Positions 1 through 16,949 of a DNA stretch of 64,000 bases are shown piece after piece. Under the pieces are notes generated by a model that ran no database searches, was not told the origin of the DNA, and saw nothing but the letters and a program-made list of their open reading frames with translations. Each line of letters starts with the position of its first letter. Position 1 is the first letter of the stretch. The DNA is from the human T2T-CHM13v2.0 reference genome, Homo sapiens. Both the position numbers and the translations under genes were made by a program. The stretch lies in NCBI RefSeq assembly GCF_009914755.1, contig NC_060943.1, one strand, 5' to 3'.

Positions 1-280
<280 letters not shown>

Positions 281-407
281 CTAAAGCATTAACGACCCTT
301 CCTGACCAAATCTAAACTAGCGCCCAGATTTTCTTCCCATATGGCTCAGCCCAGCTCCGCTGCCCCACAGGTGTCCTGTCAGGATCCGCTTCACATTTAT
401 AATACCT

Positions 408-585
408 AGCACCCCACCCCCAGCCCCGCCCCTGCCCCACCAGCCACCCCCACTCTACCCCACCCCTACCCATCACATTCCGCACCCCACCCCCGCCAAA
501 CCCACATCCCCACCCCACCCAACCTCACCCACTCCCACCACATCCACCACCCGCACCCCACCCCCACCCACCACACCCATGCCTA
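408..585 (-). repeat. C-rich low-complexity tract (G-runs on minus strand, G-quadruplex potential)
   Basis: Many CCC/CCCC runs separated by 1-5 nt, e.g. caccccacccccagccccgcccctgcccc. Confidence 0.85.
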
Positions 586-619
586 CGCCACTCCTGGGTG
601 ACAGCGAGCCAGGGCCCGG

Positions 620-710
620 GACTCTAGTCCCAGCTCTGCTGCTTACTTGTGTGACTTCAGCCTCTCCATGCCTCAGTTTCTCCATAGGGACAATGACTAC
701 ACTAACAGTG
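620..710 (+). mobile_element. MIR fragment
   Basis: cccagctctgc...tgtgtgact...gcctcagtttctccat resembles the MIR core. Confidence 0.6.
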
Positions 711-714
711 TCCA

Positions 715-1375
715 CCCCGGCACCGGGAGGGCCGGGCTCCCGGCAGGGCGGGGACCCTCTCCCCAAGGCACTCCCGGGTCTCCAGGCCTGCTCTTGGGGT
801 GCCCCCTCCTCTCGCGGGGCGCGGCCTGGGAGGCGCCCCGCCCCGGCTCCGGGCGCTCCTTTACCTGGGGGAGCGGAGGTCTACGCGGCGCGCTCGGCGA
901 TCAGACGCGGCTGCAGCCCGGGCCTGGCAGGCCCCGGGCTCCCCGCCCAGCTCCCCAGCCCCGCGGAGGGTCGCGCAGGCCTTGGTGGCGGCCCCGGCGC
1001 TGGCCCCGCCCTCCGTCCCACCTTCCGGCTGCGCCGGGCCTTCCGGGAAGCCACGCGCCGGGCCAGCTCCTGGCTCCGAGCTGCGCCCGGCCTTAGGGGG
1101 AGCCGGGGGTCGCTGCTGGGCACCCCCTCCCCGGTCCTGGCCCACCCCGCCGCTGTCACCGGGGCCCTGGCTTGGGTTGCGGGTGGCGTAAGGAGACGAG
1201 GCGCCCGGAGAAGAGTCCTGGGAACCGCAAGGCCGCGCTCCCGCAGGCCCAGCCCTGCCTTTCTCCCACGCGCACGCATGATCACATCCGGGCCCCGCGC
1301 ACCTGCCTCCAGGACCGCGGGGACCTCCCGGAGACCTCCCTCCCTTTGGCCTGGAGGACCCCTCTCTCCCCGCAG
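715..1375. promoter_or_regulatory. CpG island, probable (bidirectional) promoter
   Basis: Very high GC with undepleted CpG outside repeats; GC boxes CCCCGCCC near 836, 941 and 1003; donor-like sites on both strands. Confidence 0.85.
865..940 (-). other. Candidate non-coding first exon of a minus-strand transcript leaving the window to the left
   Basis: Minus-strand donor CAG|GTAAAG at 865/864 inside the island, followed by a G-run-rich tract; 5' end unknown. Confidence 0.4.
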
Positions 1376-1519
1376 CCTGGGCACAGAAGAGAGCACAGGG
1401 GCATCTGGAGGTCAAGGGTGCTGCGTCAGTATTTGGTGAATGTGTGGGCCGGAGCCAGATTTCCTCTGTTCCAGAGCCTGCTCTGGAGCCTCTGGGTCTG
1501 GGGGTTGCAAAAGGAGAAG

Positions 1520-1812
1520 CAGGTTGGGTGGGACTCGTAATCCCAGCTGCCAGTGAGGCTGAGGAGGGAGGATTGCTTGAGCCCAGCAGTTCGAGCGTGG
1601 GCAACACAGTGACATCCCATCTCTACAAATAATAATAAAAATTAGGCCGGGTGGGTGAGTCATACCTGTGACCTACAGCATTTTGGGAGGCTGAAGCGGG
1701 AGGATTGCTTGAGCCCAGGAGTTCGAGGCTGCAGTGAACTATGATCCCACCACTGCACTTCAACCTGGGTGACAGAGTGAGACCGTCTCTTAAAGAAAGA
1801 AAAAAAAGGAAA
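1520..1812 (+). mobile_element. AluJ-type element
   Basis: GGAGGATTGCTTGAGCCCAG in both arms, A-rich tail. Confidence 0.9.
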
Positions 1813-2281
1813 AGAACTGGCTTTGCTCTTAGGAGTCTTGGATGGGGACCAAAGCTGAGGCAAGGCAGCCTCTTAGGAAGGTGCAAAGGGCATGAGGCTG
1901 GGGTTGCAGAACTGCCTGGGAATACTACTTTATTGAGGCCTGTGGAAAGCTGTCCCTACTCTTGTCATGCAAGGTCTGGCCTTGAACCATCTCAAATCCA
2001 AAAGTGGCTTCTGGGGGGCTCTATAGAGAATTAATCCTAACAGGAACCCTGCAAAGCAGGCATGGTTGTCACTGCTATATTACAGATGGGAAGCTCTAAA
2101 CACAGGCTGCTCTGCCCAAGGCCATCCTGGTTAGAAAGTTTCAGGGCCCAAACTCCAGCCTCGGTCTCGGTATCTCAAAGTCTCCGCCTGTGACCAGCAC
2201 TCTGCCTGCTTTCCAGGGTGCCATGGGCACCCAGAGGACGGACCCTTTTCCATTTTTAAAAGAATGGAACAAACGCTCTTA

Positions 2282-2957
<676 letters not shown>

Positions 2958-3505
2958 TCATGCTCCTAAAGGCAACTGCGGCCTCCTGCACAGTGAGCAA
3001 GGCGTGCCGTGGGGTCTCGGTGGTGGCGCGGAAATGGCACTGGCCCAGCACACAGCGATGCTTTATGCTGCTTACAGTGACCTAGGGAAAGTTCTTCCAC
3101 GTCTCCGTGCCTCAGTTTCCTCATCTGGGAAATGGCAACAAGAGTAGTACTTATCCTATAGGGTTGTTCTCAACATAAAAGGAGGTAATATATATGAATC
3201 TAGATTATTCTTGTTTACATTACAGAATGTGAAAATGAGCGGCTTCTCCAAAGTCCCATGAGCCTCATGGGCCCAAGGTAGTGGGAAATCCAGTTCTACC
3301 CCCACCTTGACAAAACATTCTCTTGCTGATGGGCCCAACAATGCCCTAGGGTGCTAGGTGGTGTTCACACGGCCAGCCAGAGTCAAAACTCAGACGGGGC
3401 CAGCGTTCTATGCCCTCACTTTCTCCCAAAGCTGAGTGCACCAGCTCCTAAAACTTCCATGGCTCCTTCAGGCTAAAGCCACCCACCTAGACCAGGGCTG
3501 GATGA

Positions 3506-3867
<362 letters not shown>

Positions 3868-3877
3868 TGTTGTTTCT

Positions 3878-4173
<296 letters not shown>

Positions 4174-4179
4174 CAAACT

Positions 4180-4340
4180 TCTCTCTTCTGATTGATAGTC
4201 ATATTGGATTAAGAGCCCTCCCTAATAACTTCATTTTAACTTGATTACATCTGCAAAGACCCTATTTCCAAATAAGGTCACATTCCCAGTGATGGGGTTA
4301 GGACTTCAACACATCTTTATACAATTCAACCCTTAATACC
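4180..4340 (-). mobile_element. MLT1 (C/D-like) MaLR LTR fragment
   Basis: attggattaag...ttacatctgcaaagaccctatttccaaataaggtcacattc. Confidence 0.75.
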
Positions 4341-4642
4341 AGGTGTCTTAATCTGTTTTCTACTGCTACAACAGAATGCCACTGACTGAGTAATTTATAA
4401 AGAGAAGATATTTATTTGCCTCATAGTTCTGGAGGCTGGAAATTCCAAGATCTAAGGGCCACATCTGGTGAGGGCCTTCTTGCTACATGATAAGATGGCA
4501 GAAGTTATCACATAAAGAGGGAGCATAAGAGAGGGAAGAGGGCCACCCTTATTCCTTTATCAAGAGCCCACTCCTGTGATCACAGCATTAATCCACTCAT
4601 GAGGGCAAAGCCCTCATGACCTCATCACTGCTGAAAGGTTCT

Positions 4643-4898
<256 letters not shown>

Positions 4899-4900
<2 letters not shown>

Positions 4901-5737
4901 TATATATATAAAATATATATCGTATAATATATATAACATATATTATATATTATATAAAATATATATAATATATAAGTTTGGACAAAGATATAGAATTATA
5001 TAATATATAAGTTTGGACAAAGATATAGAATTATATAATATATAATATAATATATCAGTATATATAATTGTACTATTATATAATTATATATAATTATATA
5101 TATTATATATATAATTATATATATATAATTTATATATATATAAATATATATATAAATTATATATATATAAAATATATATATTTATATATATAATATACAT
5201 ATTTATATATATATTATATATATTTATATATATATTATATTTATATATATTTATATATATTATATATATATTATATATATAATATATAAATATATTTATA
5301 TAATATAAATATATATATTTATATAATATAAATATATATATTTATATATATATAAAATATATATAATATATAAGTTTGGACAAAGATATAGAATTATATA
5401 ATATATAAGTTTGGACAAAGATATAGAATTATATAATATATAATATAATATATCAGTATATATAATTGTACTATTATATAATTATATATAATTATATATA
5501 TTTATATATATTAAATTATATATATATATAATTATATATATATAAATTATATATATATATAAATTATATATAATTATATTATATATTATATATATAATAT
5601 AAAAAATAAATATATAAATATATAAATATTAAATATATAAATATGTATTTATATATTATATATAATTATATATTATATTATTATATATAATTATATATAA
5701 TACAATATTATATATAATATTTAATATAATATATATC
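4899..5737. repeat. ~840-bp AT-rich tract with nested 35-bp and 398-bp-offset duplications
   Basis: Almost only A/T; anchor AAGTTTGGACAAAGATATAGAA at 4974, 5009, 5372 and 5407. Confidence 0.95.
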
Positions 5738-5897
5738 TATCTCACCACAACGGCCATTGAATTTCAACATGAGTTTTAAAGGAAACATGCAAACCCTAGC
5801 ACGAAGTATTCACCAGATGCCAGCTGTGATTATTATAATCTGAGCACGTGCATAGTACATACATGTCCACCCATGGCACAATAAAAATAACAGCCTT

Positions 5898-6500
<603 letters not shown>

Positions 6501-7574
6501 ATATTAACAGCCTCGGGCCATGCCTATGTCAAGACTGTTGTGTGCAGGGAAACCATCCTGCCACCTCCCTTCGGTCTTGGGAGAGCTTAATCCTGAAAGG
6601 GTTGTGGAAGGACAAGGTGGCTTGGGGACTGGTAATGATCTCTTCCCAGGCTTCATCACTGTTCTTTTAAATAATTAATTCATCTTCTTCCTTGGTGTTT
6701 ACATCCTTCAAATATTTGTAGATGGTTATCATGTCCCTTTAGTCACCACTTAGCACCACTCTGCATATTTGCTGTCATGTTGAGTGTGTGTTATCATCAT
6801 TGTCATTATTATTATTATTTCCTCCCAGCTCCCTCCCTCAGTCCCTCAGCCACCATCATCACTCAGTGAATTTCCTCCAGGTTCCCAACCTTTCAAGTAC
6901 CAGGTTACCCAAGATGGGACATTAAAAGTCAGTAGTGATGACAAGCCCTACTTGTCACAGAGGGCTTGCAGGCCCTCTGGTTCCTCACTAATTCTCATCA
7001 GTTTCCCCAAAGCCACAGCAAAAAAAAAAAAAAAAAGACAAACTAAGTAAAAACAGCATGCTTACACTGCAAACACAGCTTCCAGACAAATCCCCCAGCC
7101 CCTGCTCCCAAACAGATAATCCTCAATTTTCTCAAATACAAAATCAGGATGAGAATCCCTGCTCTCAACAACCTGGGATTATTGTGAGGATTCAAAGAGG
7201 AATAAAAACTGAAAGGTGCTTTGTAAACTATAAAACAGGGAGGGTGGTACTATCAGCAATGCCTTCCACATAGGATGGGATTTCTACAAAATGTTCCAGA
7301 GGTCAACTGTTCTAAAAAGCTAAAAATTCTAAGTTAGAATTTACAAATGAACTCGATAGAGCCAAGATTCACCCGAAAATCTGTCTATTGAAAGAATATA
7401 AAGAGATGCCCTACTTAAAAATCTACTCATAGATGTTAGTATTCCAAATAAAGTGTGGAACTCAGAGCTGGAGGCTGATGGGGCCTTGGAGTTTACAGAT
7501 GGCCCTGACGAGACTTTAGAAGGTCAAGCTGCTATAAAAGACTTAAAAAAAATCCACCTTGTCTTGCATTTCAG

Positions 7575-7667
7575 ATCTCACTGAAGAGTTCTTCTGTGCC
7601 TGGAAGACTTATTTTCAGTCTGAGAAGAATGATTTTTCAATGGTTCTGTTGAACATGCAATTCTCAC
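7575..7667 (+). ncRNA. Candidate internal exon A (93 nt), GC-type donor
   Basis: Acceptor ccaccttgtcttgcatttcag|ATC; donor CAC|GCAAGT; lies in non-repeat sequence. Confidence 0.4.
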
Positions 7668-8010
7668 GCAAGTATTTCTATAATTATCCTGTTTCAGTTA
7701 TAATACAGTTTCTGGAACAATAGGACTTTTATTGTATTGCCATATCTGTTATAATAGATGTTTTATTACAGAAAATTATGGTAGAGTCACTATTATGATT
7801 CTGAAGTTTTTATTTCAAATTGCTCAGAGGATGCAAATTCTTTCTCCCACTAGTTTTACTTTAAGGCAGCTTTGAATTTGGGGTGGGGGTGGTTTGTCTT
7901 TTCTTCTATTGGAGCTTTGGTCTGTTTGAGGTTTTGTTCTATAGCAGAATGTTCTCTTTCGCTCCAGTGTACATAAATGAAGTCACCCATGGTATTTGCT
8001 TGTTTGTTAG

Positions 8011-8540
<530 letters not shown>

Positions 8541-9799
8541 ACAAACTATATTTTGAGAAGGTAAATACTAGTGATCATGAAACACTAATACTAGTGATCA
8601 TGAAAACAGAGGAGCTGAAACTTCTAGGCACATTCAGGCTAGGTCACATCCTATTTCAGGTGGTAGCTCCACCTTGAAAAGCAGGGGGCTGGAGATTTTC
8701 TTGGTTAAATTAGAGGCTGCAGACACCCGCAGCTGCTAGAGGCAGAGCTGGGATTCAGGAATGGGCTTGCTGACTCCAACAGTGAAGGTCTTCCCCTCCA
8801 AGAGACCCCACCCGTGGGGAAGGGTGACCCTCAAATCTTGGACATCAGGTCCAACTTTCGGCCCAGTTGACTTTTCCACAAAGGAAGGATTTCAGGGCTC
8901 TGAGAAGTCCCAGAATATCTGCCCACAGCAATCTAGCATCATCAGAACCCACCTTCACGTGTAGCCACCGTGTCTCCATGTTCCTGGTAATGCACGCTCC
9001 CAGGCTCAGAGTCTGGAACTGCTGATGGAGGGGCGGGTTCTGGGCCCTGCAAAGAACCGAGGCTCCGCAGTCACAGTCTTCGATTAGACAGAGCCCCTCC
9101 AGTTCTCAGACGATTTCTTAGGCTACCCCGAAAATAGAGAGAGGAAGGGACCTGCCCTTGATCACACTGTCAGTAACACAATCAGAACAGAAATCTAGGG
9201 CTCTTGGCCTTCAAGCCTCTGTTCTTCGCTTAACACACGGCTGGCAGAGATGGGGAGACCTGAGAGGGCCCTGAGGGTGAGGGCATTTGCACTGGGTGCA
9301 GAGCGCCTTTGGAAGGCAGGGAAGTCCAGGAAGGTAAACACACACACACGTTGTAAATATGGCGAAAATCAGAGAGGAGGAAATGTCAGGGACTCCTCCA
9401 GCACGGAAAACATCCTGATAGTTTGGAGCGCCGGGAAGAGTGGGCACCTTGGAATCTGCAAGGCATTCTTTTGCGTTTCACCTGCAGTGGGGTGGGGTCT
9501 CTGGGGTCTGCCCTCCCTCCTACTCTACATGCATTACCCATCTTATAGCCGGGCCGTCCCTGCAAAATTCCAGCTGCATGGGGGAACCACACTTCTGACT
9601 TCAGAATGAAACCAGTGTTTTGCACACATTCATTCCTCAGTCCCCTTGCTGGGACCCTTCTCTGTTATGAAAGCAGAGATCCCACCCGAATAGGGTGACT
9701 TTGGGGCGATGGATTACCTTTGGCAGGTCCTGTGGGTCAGGAATTTAGGGGTGCAGCGTGGGCCCACAGCATACCCAGTAGCCAAGGAAGACCCTCCCC

Positions 9800-10810
9800 T
9801 ACCCGAGGCTCAAGCAGGCGCCAGGCCCCAAACCCTCACTCCTCTCTGGTCTAAATCCCCGCCGTAGGATTTTATTTTTCGGTGCTGAGGTGCTTTGCTG
9901 GAGGAGCTGCCAGGGGGAGCTGCGCGGGGCAGGCCCGGGGTACCAGAGGCCCTTGCTTTAGCGGCGGCCCTGCGTGTGCCAGAGGCTTGCAGAGTGATCT
10001 GAGCACGCCAAGAGATTGCTGTCAAGTAAGCTCCTCCACAAATCTGCAGAAACCTCAAAGATTACAGCGCTCGCACGGCAGGAGCGCAGCGGCTTCCCAT
10101 ACGCCGGCAGACAATGGGGCGGAGGAAGGAAGGGGACGGTGGCCTGGGGACCCCCGCGCCCGCAGCACGTGCACCGAGCCTGCAGCGCCCGCTTTACAGA
10201 TCTTGTCGCTCCACCCCTAAAACAAAGGCCCCGGGGCCCCATCTGTGCCGGGCGCGGGGGAGGGCGCCGCACTTGCTGCCCGCCGCGTGCAAAGCGAGCC
10301 AGACAAAGGGCTCAGCCCTGCAGACGCGAGCAGTGGGGAAATAATTAAGCACTAAGGAAATATTGTATGTGGATTTGAGACCAACGGGAAACGCGCTCCC
10401 AAACAATGCTCGTTGTTTGCACCGAGCCGCTTTTCTGCTAAGTTTCATCAAGTAATTTGCATGCCATTTCAATAAAATTAACGAATTATGGTCGAGTTTT
10501 TTGTTTTATTGACCTAAAATAAAAATCTTCCTTTCCTTTATTATTGAAATAATTCGCCCCCCATCCCCCCCGGCTCCCATCCTCTGGGAAGGCTGCACAG
10601 CGCGCCAAGGAAATCTGTCCTCCCAGCCAGACCCCAGCGGCCTTTATGCTGCGCTCCACAGCTAACTCCCCGGAAACCCTGCGTTTATTCTGGCTGCCCC
10701 CTTTGACTGTGGCAATAAATAGAACTTCAACCCTCTCACTTTCTTATGCCTGCTTTTCTTACAGTGAAAGCACCAGATTTCCGCGTAGGAGGGACTCGGG
10801 GGCAACGATG
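9800..10810. promoter_or_regulatory. Second CpG island with adjacent AT-rich homeodomain-motif block
   Basis: CpG-dense non-repeat sequence; TAATTAA, CAATAAAA and TTTTATTG at 10340-10550; donor-like CAA|GTAAGC at 10025/10026. Confidence 0.75.
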
Positions 10811-10820
10811 CAATTGGAAG
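10765..10820 (+). ncRNA. Candidate internal exon B (56 nt)
   Basis: Branch-like ctcac, pyrimidine tract ttcttatgcctgcttttcttacag|TG; strong donor AAG|GTAAGG. Confidence 0.6.
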
Positions 10821-10908
10821 GTAAGGGGCTTCTCTTAAAGCTGCATTTGCAAAGCGAGCACACTGTTTGCTAAGGTTTTATATTGCATCTTTTAAAAAAG
10901 ATAATGTG

Positions 10909-11190
10909 GGGCCTGGCATCGTGGCTCACACCTGTAATCCCAGCACTTTGGAAGGCCTAGGAGTTCAAGACCAACCTGGGTAACATAGTGAGACCTCGTC
11001 TCTACAACAGATTTAAAAATTAGCCGGGTGTGGTAGCCTGTGCCTGTAGTCTCAGCTACTTGGGAGGCTGAGGCAGGAGGATCACTCGAACCCAGGAGTT
11101 TGAGGCTGCAGTGAGCTATGATTGCATCACTGCCCTCCAGCCTAGGAGACATAGCAAGACCCCATTTCTTTAAAAAAAAAAAAAAAGACT
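10909..11190 (+). mobile_element. AluJ with internal deletion
   Basis: Left arm jumps from ggaaggcc to taggagttc; A tail. Confidence 0.9.
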
Positions 11191-11239
11191 AAGAAATCAT
11201 CACTAATTGGTATTATTAAGGAACAACATCAGTATCACT

Positions 11240-11710
11240 GTAGTTGTTATTTATTGCTGCATATCAAATGCAAAACTTAGTGGCTTAAGACCAATGTCCT
11301 CTCTCACAGCTCCCAAGGGTCAGGAATTTGAGAGTGCTGTAGCTGAGCGGTTCTAGATTGGGCCCTCTCTTGAGGCTGTAGTCATCTGAAGGGGTGCTTG
11401 GGCCTGGTGATGTGCTTCCCAGAGGACCACTTTCTCATGTGGCTGGGCTGTTGGCCATGAGGCCTGAGTGCCTCAGCATGTGGGGCTCTCCACAGGCTGT
11501 TCCAATGTCCTCTTGATGAGGAAGCTGGCATCCTCCAGAGGGAAGGATCCAAACAACCAAGCAGAAGCCACAGCGTCTTCATGATCTGGCTTAAAGGTTG
11601 CACACCATCACTGCAACACCCCTACACATTCGTCCATGTGGCTGGGACTGCACAGAGGCATGAAGGCTGGTAGGCATGGATCACTGGGTCCAACTCAGAG
11701 ACTGGTTACC
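11240..11710 (-). mobile_element. Old MLT1 (F-H-like) LTR
   Basis: tattgctgc...caaaacttagtggcttaa...ggtcaggaattt...tctgaagg. Confidence 0.65.
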
Positions 11711-12047
11711 ATGAGTGATTATCATTAATATGATTTGGTAGGGCTGTTGCAAGTGCCTGGAGGAGGAGAGTATTATACAGCTAAAGCCATCATTTCTTGT
11801 CTTTCTAGTCAATGCAAACAAAAGTGGTCAGTTACCTTTAATGGTATTCCCAGACAACAAACATGGACTCAGGGCCTTCCCAGTGCCAGCTCCCCCTTCA
11901 GACTGGGGAATAGAACAGTAGCCAAGAGAGATAAGGTCCCCTTCTGGCATCCCTGACTTTTCAGAGAAAGAAAACGTAAGTGTACGCATGAACACAGCAA
12001 CCAGAGCTACAATACTATCGAGACAGTGCTGCCAAATGGGAAGTACA

Positions 12048-12325
12048 GGCCAGGTTTGGTGGCTCACGCCTGTAATCCCACCACTTTGAGAAGCTGGGGT
12101 GGGAGGATCGCTTGAGGCCAGGAGTTCAAGACCAGACTGGGCAACATAGAGAGCCGTCACTACAAAAATAAAAAATTAGCTGGATATGGTGGCGCACATC
12201 TGTAGTCCCAGCTACACAGGAGGCTGGGGCAGGAGGATCGCTTGAGTCCAGGAGCTCAAGGCTGTGATGAGGTATGATCGTGCCATTGCACTCCAGCCTG
12301 GATGACAAAGCAATTTAAAAAAAAA
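12048..12325 (+). mobile_element. AluJ
   Basis: Full dimer with A tail. Confidence 0.92.
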
Positions 12326-12478
12326 GAGGGAAAGTCAGGGAGGAGACTAAGCTCTGAGTGCCAAGGTTGGAGGTCTGTACACCCTGGTCCTCCCTAAATT
12401 GCAAATCTGAAATGTCCCAGGCATTGCAGATTTCCTGCAAGCCAAACCTGTTAGTAGAACAACAGACAAAAAATAAGA

Positions 12479-12776
<298 letters not shown>

Positions 12777-13049
12777 GTTTTGATATTGTCACACTTTCAT
12801 GGAATACCAACACTCCCCCTTCCCAGAAGGCAGGCTCCACAAGGGAGGAGGCTGTTATGTCTTATTTATCCCTGTAGCTCTCATGCCCGGAATGATTGGT
12901 ACATAATTGGTATCACTAATGACTGTCATTAATAATAATTATCTAATGGCTATCAGCCTTGTTGGTGTCCCCAAGTCTTTCAGGTTTAATGGACGTCCCC
13001 CTTAACATTAACAAATAAAAGTGATTTAAGCCCTCAGTCTACTTACAGT

Positions 13050-14290
<1,241 letters not shown>

Positions 14291-14849
14291 GACACCAGCC
14301 CGGAATCTCTAAAGGTTGCTGAGAGAGGTGGTAAGAGCCACCTGTGCGTTTCTCCTGATCAGGAGCCTCTAAAGCCTGATTCTTCAGGGTTCGCCTCCTC
14401 GCCTCCCTCCTCAGCTCCTCCAGCCCTCCCTCTGTTCAGTGTGCCTGGCCCAAATGAACTGGGAGCTCCAGACCTTCTCGGGGACTTCCCCAAAGTCTCT
14501 ATAACACAAGGTGTTGGTGCCACAGACTTTGACTGTTGGGTCTACAGTGGCCAGTGAGGGTTCAATGTAGCGGCGTGGCTCACCAGGTGCCTGGAAGGGA
14601 ATATTGAGACCTCCTGGTTCTTGAGAGTTACTTGGGCCCAGCCAGGCTCTCAGCATCTTACAGGGTCTCCTGCTACTCTCTTATCTGTGGACCAGCCTCT
14701 TCCTGGACTCCTTTTCCCATATCAGGGACAATAAAACACTCACCCACTCCAGGCCACAGCTTTTGGGGTCCAGAGCTCTGAACTAACACCTTATGTTTAG
14801 TGAGGTCAAATTTTTAGGCTTAGTGCCCATCTTTCTTCTACTTAGTTTT

Positions 14850-15137
14850 ATTTTAAATTATTTTTTAGAAACAGGGTCTCACTGTGTCACCCCGGCTGGA
14901 GTGCAGTGGTATAATCATAGCTCACTGCAGCCTGGAATTCCTGGAATCAAGTGATCATCCCACCTCAGCCTCCTGAGTAGCTGGGACTACAGGTGCATGC
15001 CACCACACCTGGCTAATTTTTAAATTATTTTTAGAGACAGAGTCTCCCTGTATTGCCCAGGCTAGTCTTGAACTCCTGGCCTCCTGCCTTGGCCTCCCGA
15101 AGTGCTGGGACTACAGGCATGAGCCACCACACCCAGC
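14850..15137 (-). mobile_element. AluJ
   Basis: Antisense Alu with atcatagctcactgcagcc. Confidence 0.9.
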
Positions 15138-15695
15138 CCCACTCTTCTAAGTGGAGGGAAGGTTTAGTCTGCCCCCGTAACGAATTATGCAACACTCTTT
15201 CCCCCTTAGAACATACAAGCACTCTGGTCAAAGTTTCTGAGATTTTATTTTAGGAGCATTTTTCATTTTGGCTAAACATAGACATATATACCCACAAGAC
15301 TGCCGGTTAAAACAAATAAAATATCATCTTGAGGAAACAAGCACATCTTGAGTAAGTTTCTTTCAAGATGTTTTGGTGCATTCTATGCTATCACTTTGCA
15401 GAACAATTTGTTGTCCATGCGGTAACTTTAGGGGCTGTCTGAGATGGTCTGTTCCTAAAAGACTGTGGATGGGAGAGGTGACAGTAAATCCTGGAGAGTG
15501 GAGTGAATCCCAGCCATTCTGTGGACAGGTGGGCTGAGGGAGAAGTTCAGAGGGCACTCTAGAGTGATTTGCAACGTCTCAAACAGAAATATAACATCTT
15601 CTTTCATCCTCTGCAGAGTCTGGAGCTAAATTCACACCTTTTTTTCCCCTTCCCTCACTTAAAATCAAATTCTCGCCCTTAATACTTCCTTTCAG

Positions 15696-15952
15696 AACTG
15701 CACCGAAAATGACGATGTCTTCTCATGCATATGAATTATCCAAAGTGTAGGAAGATGCGCCCCCACTGGAGTACGCTGAAGCCTTTAACCCAAGTACATT
15801 TAATGCTGCGAAGCCCCGAGTGAGGCAAAGGTGTCTTTTTATTTTAGAAGACATTTAGGACAGTTCATGTCACTCTGCACAGATGCACTGAAATTGATTG
15901 TGGGGCAAACTATAAAGAGAGCTTATGCTCCCCAAATCTGTTTCCGAGCCAG
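15696..15952 (+). ncRNA. Candidate exon C (internal to 15952, or terminal to ~16295)
   Basis: Acceptor cccttaatacttcctttcag|AAC; possible donor CAG|GTAGGA at 15952/15953; AATAAA at 16272. Confidence 0.45.
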
Positions 15953-16589
15953 GTAGGATGATGAATTCTGAGGTGGGACTGAGGGGGAACGGTGGCAGCT
16001 CTCTCCCCTGCACGCACCGGCCAACTACTTCCCCGTTTGGACATTGGCGTGACACCCTCCTTCCCTGTTCATCTGTGAAAATGTGCAGCGTTTTCATTTA
16101 AAACCTCCTGCTCCAACATGGGGCCTTCTGCAGACCGCAGGGACCCCCAACAATTACTTGTTGGAAGAACAAATGAAGCATAAAGCATGATACTTTATTT
16201 TAAACATACAGGTGGCACAAATTTATTTCCAAAGATTTAAGCACCTGATGACTTCTCCTTAGAGAAAAAGCAATAAAAGGAGCCTCTTCTGTCACAAATT
16301 TCCACTTAGCATGGTTTGTGCAGAGGCAGAATTTCAGGCTTTTACCACTGAGCTCTGGACATGAAGCAAAGCTAACACTAGAGGGTGCTATAGATTAGGA
16401 AATCCAGGGACCATGGGCGCCGGAGCGCGTTCAAGACGCTGCCCTCCCGATTGTAACCTAACAAACTGAGCGTGTCACTTTGCCAGAATTTACCCCTTCA
16501 CCATTTCTGCTATGATGAAATTATCCAGATATGTTTAATTTGAAATTTTAACTTAGTCTGTGATTATGTGGAATTTCAACACTGGCTGT

Positions 16590-16868
16590 GGCCCAGTGCA
16601 GTGGCTCACTCACACCTGTAATCCCAGTGCTTTGGGAGGCCAAGTCTGGTGGATAATTTGTGGTCAGGAGTTCGAAACCAGCCTGGCCAACATGGTGAAA
16701 CCCTGTCTCTCCTAAAAATACAGAAATTAGCCTGGTGCCTGTAATCCCAGCTACTCGGGAGGCTGAGGCAGGAGAATTGCTTGAACCCTCAGGAGGCAGA
16801 GGTTGCAGTGAGCCGAGATCACGCCACTGCACTCCAGTCCTGTCTAAAAAAAAAAAAAAAAAAAAAAA
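16590..16868 (+). mobile_element. AluS with two internal deletions
   Basis: attagcctggtgcctgtaat and ctccagtcctgtct junctions; long A tail. Confidence 0.9.
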
Positions 16869-16949
16869 GGACTGAGCCCAGGTCTGTAGGATAGACACTT
16901 TGTGTTTGTATCTTAAGTACTTTGCGATCTCACCCTTACAAACCTGATA

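Noticed and set aside
579-1607. Long overlapping ORFs (286 aa plus, 248 aa minus) over the CpG island
   Set aside because: Pro/Arg/Gly/Ala-rich in several frames, as expected for stop-poor GC-rich DNA; they start in MIR- or Alu-adjacent sequence and show no recognisable domain.
4974-5440. Four copies of a 35-bp unit suggesting a CRISPR-like array
   Set aside because: Eukaryotic context, adjacent copies without unique spacers, no cas genes; it is a VNTR-type duplication.
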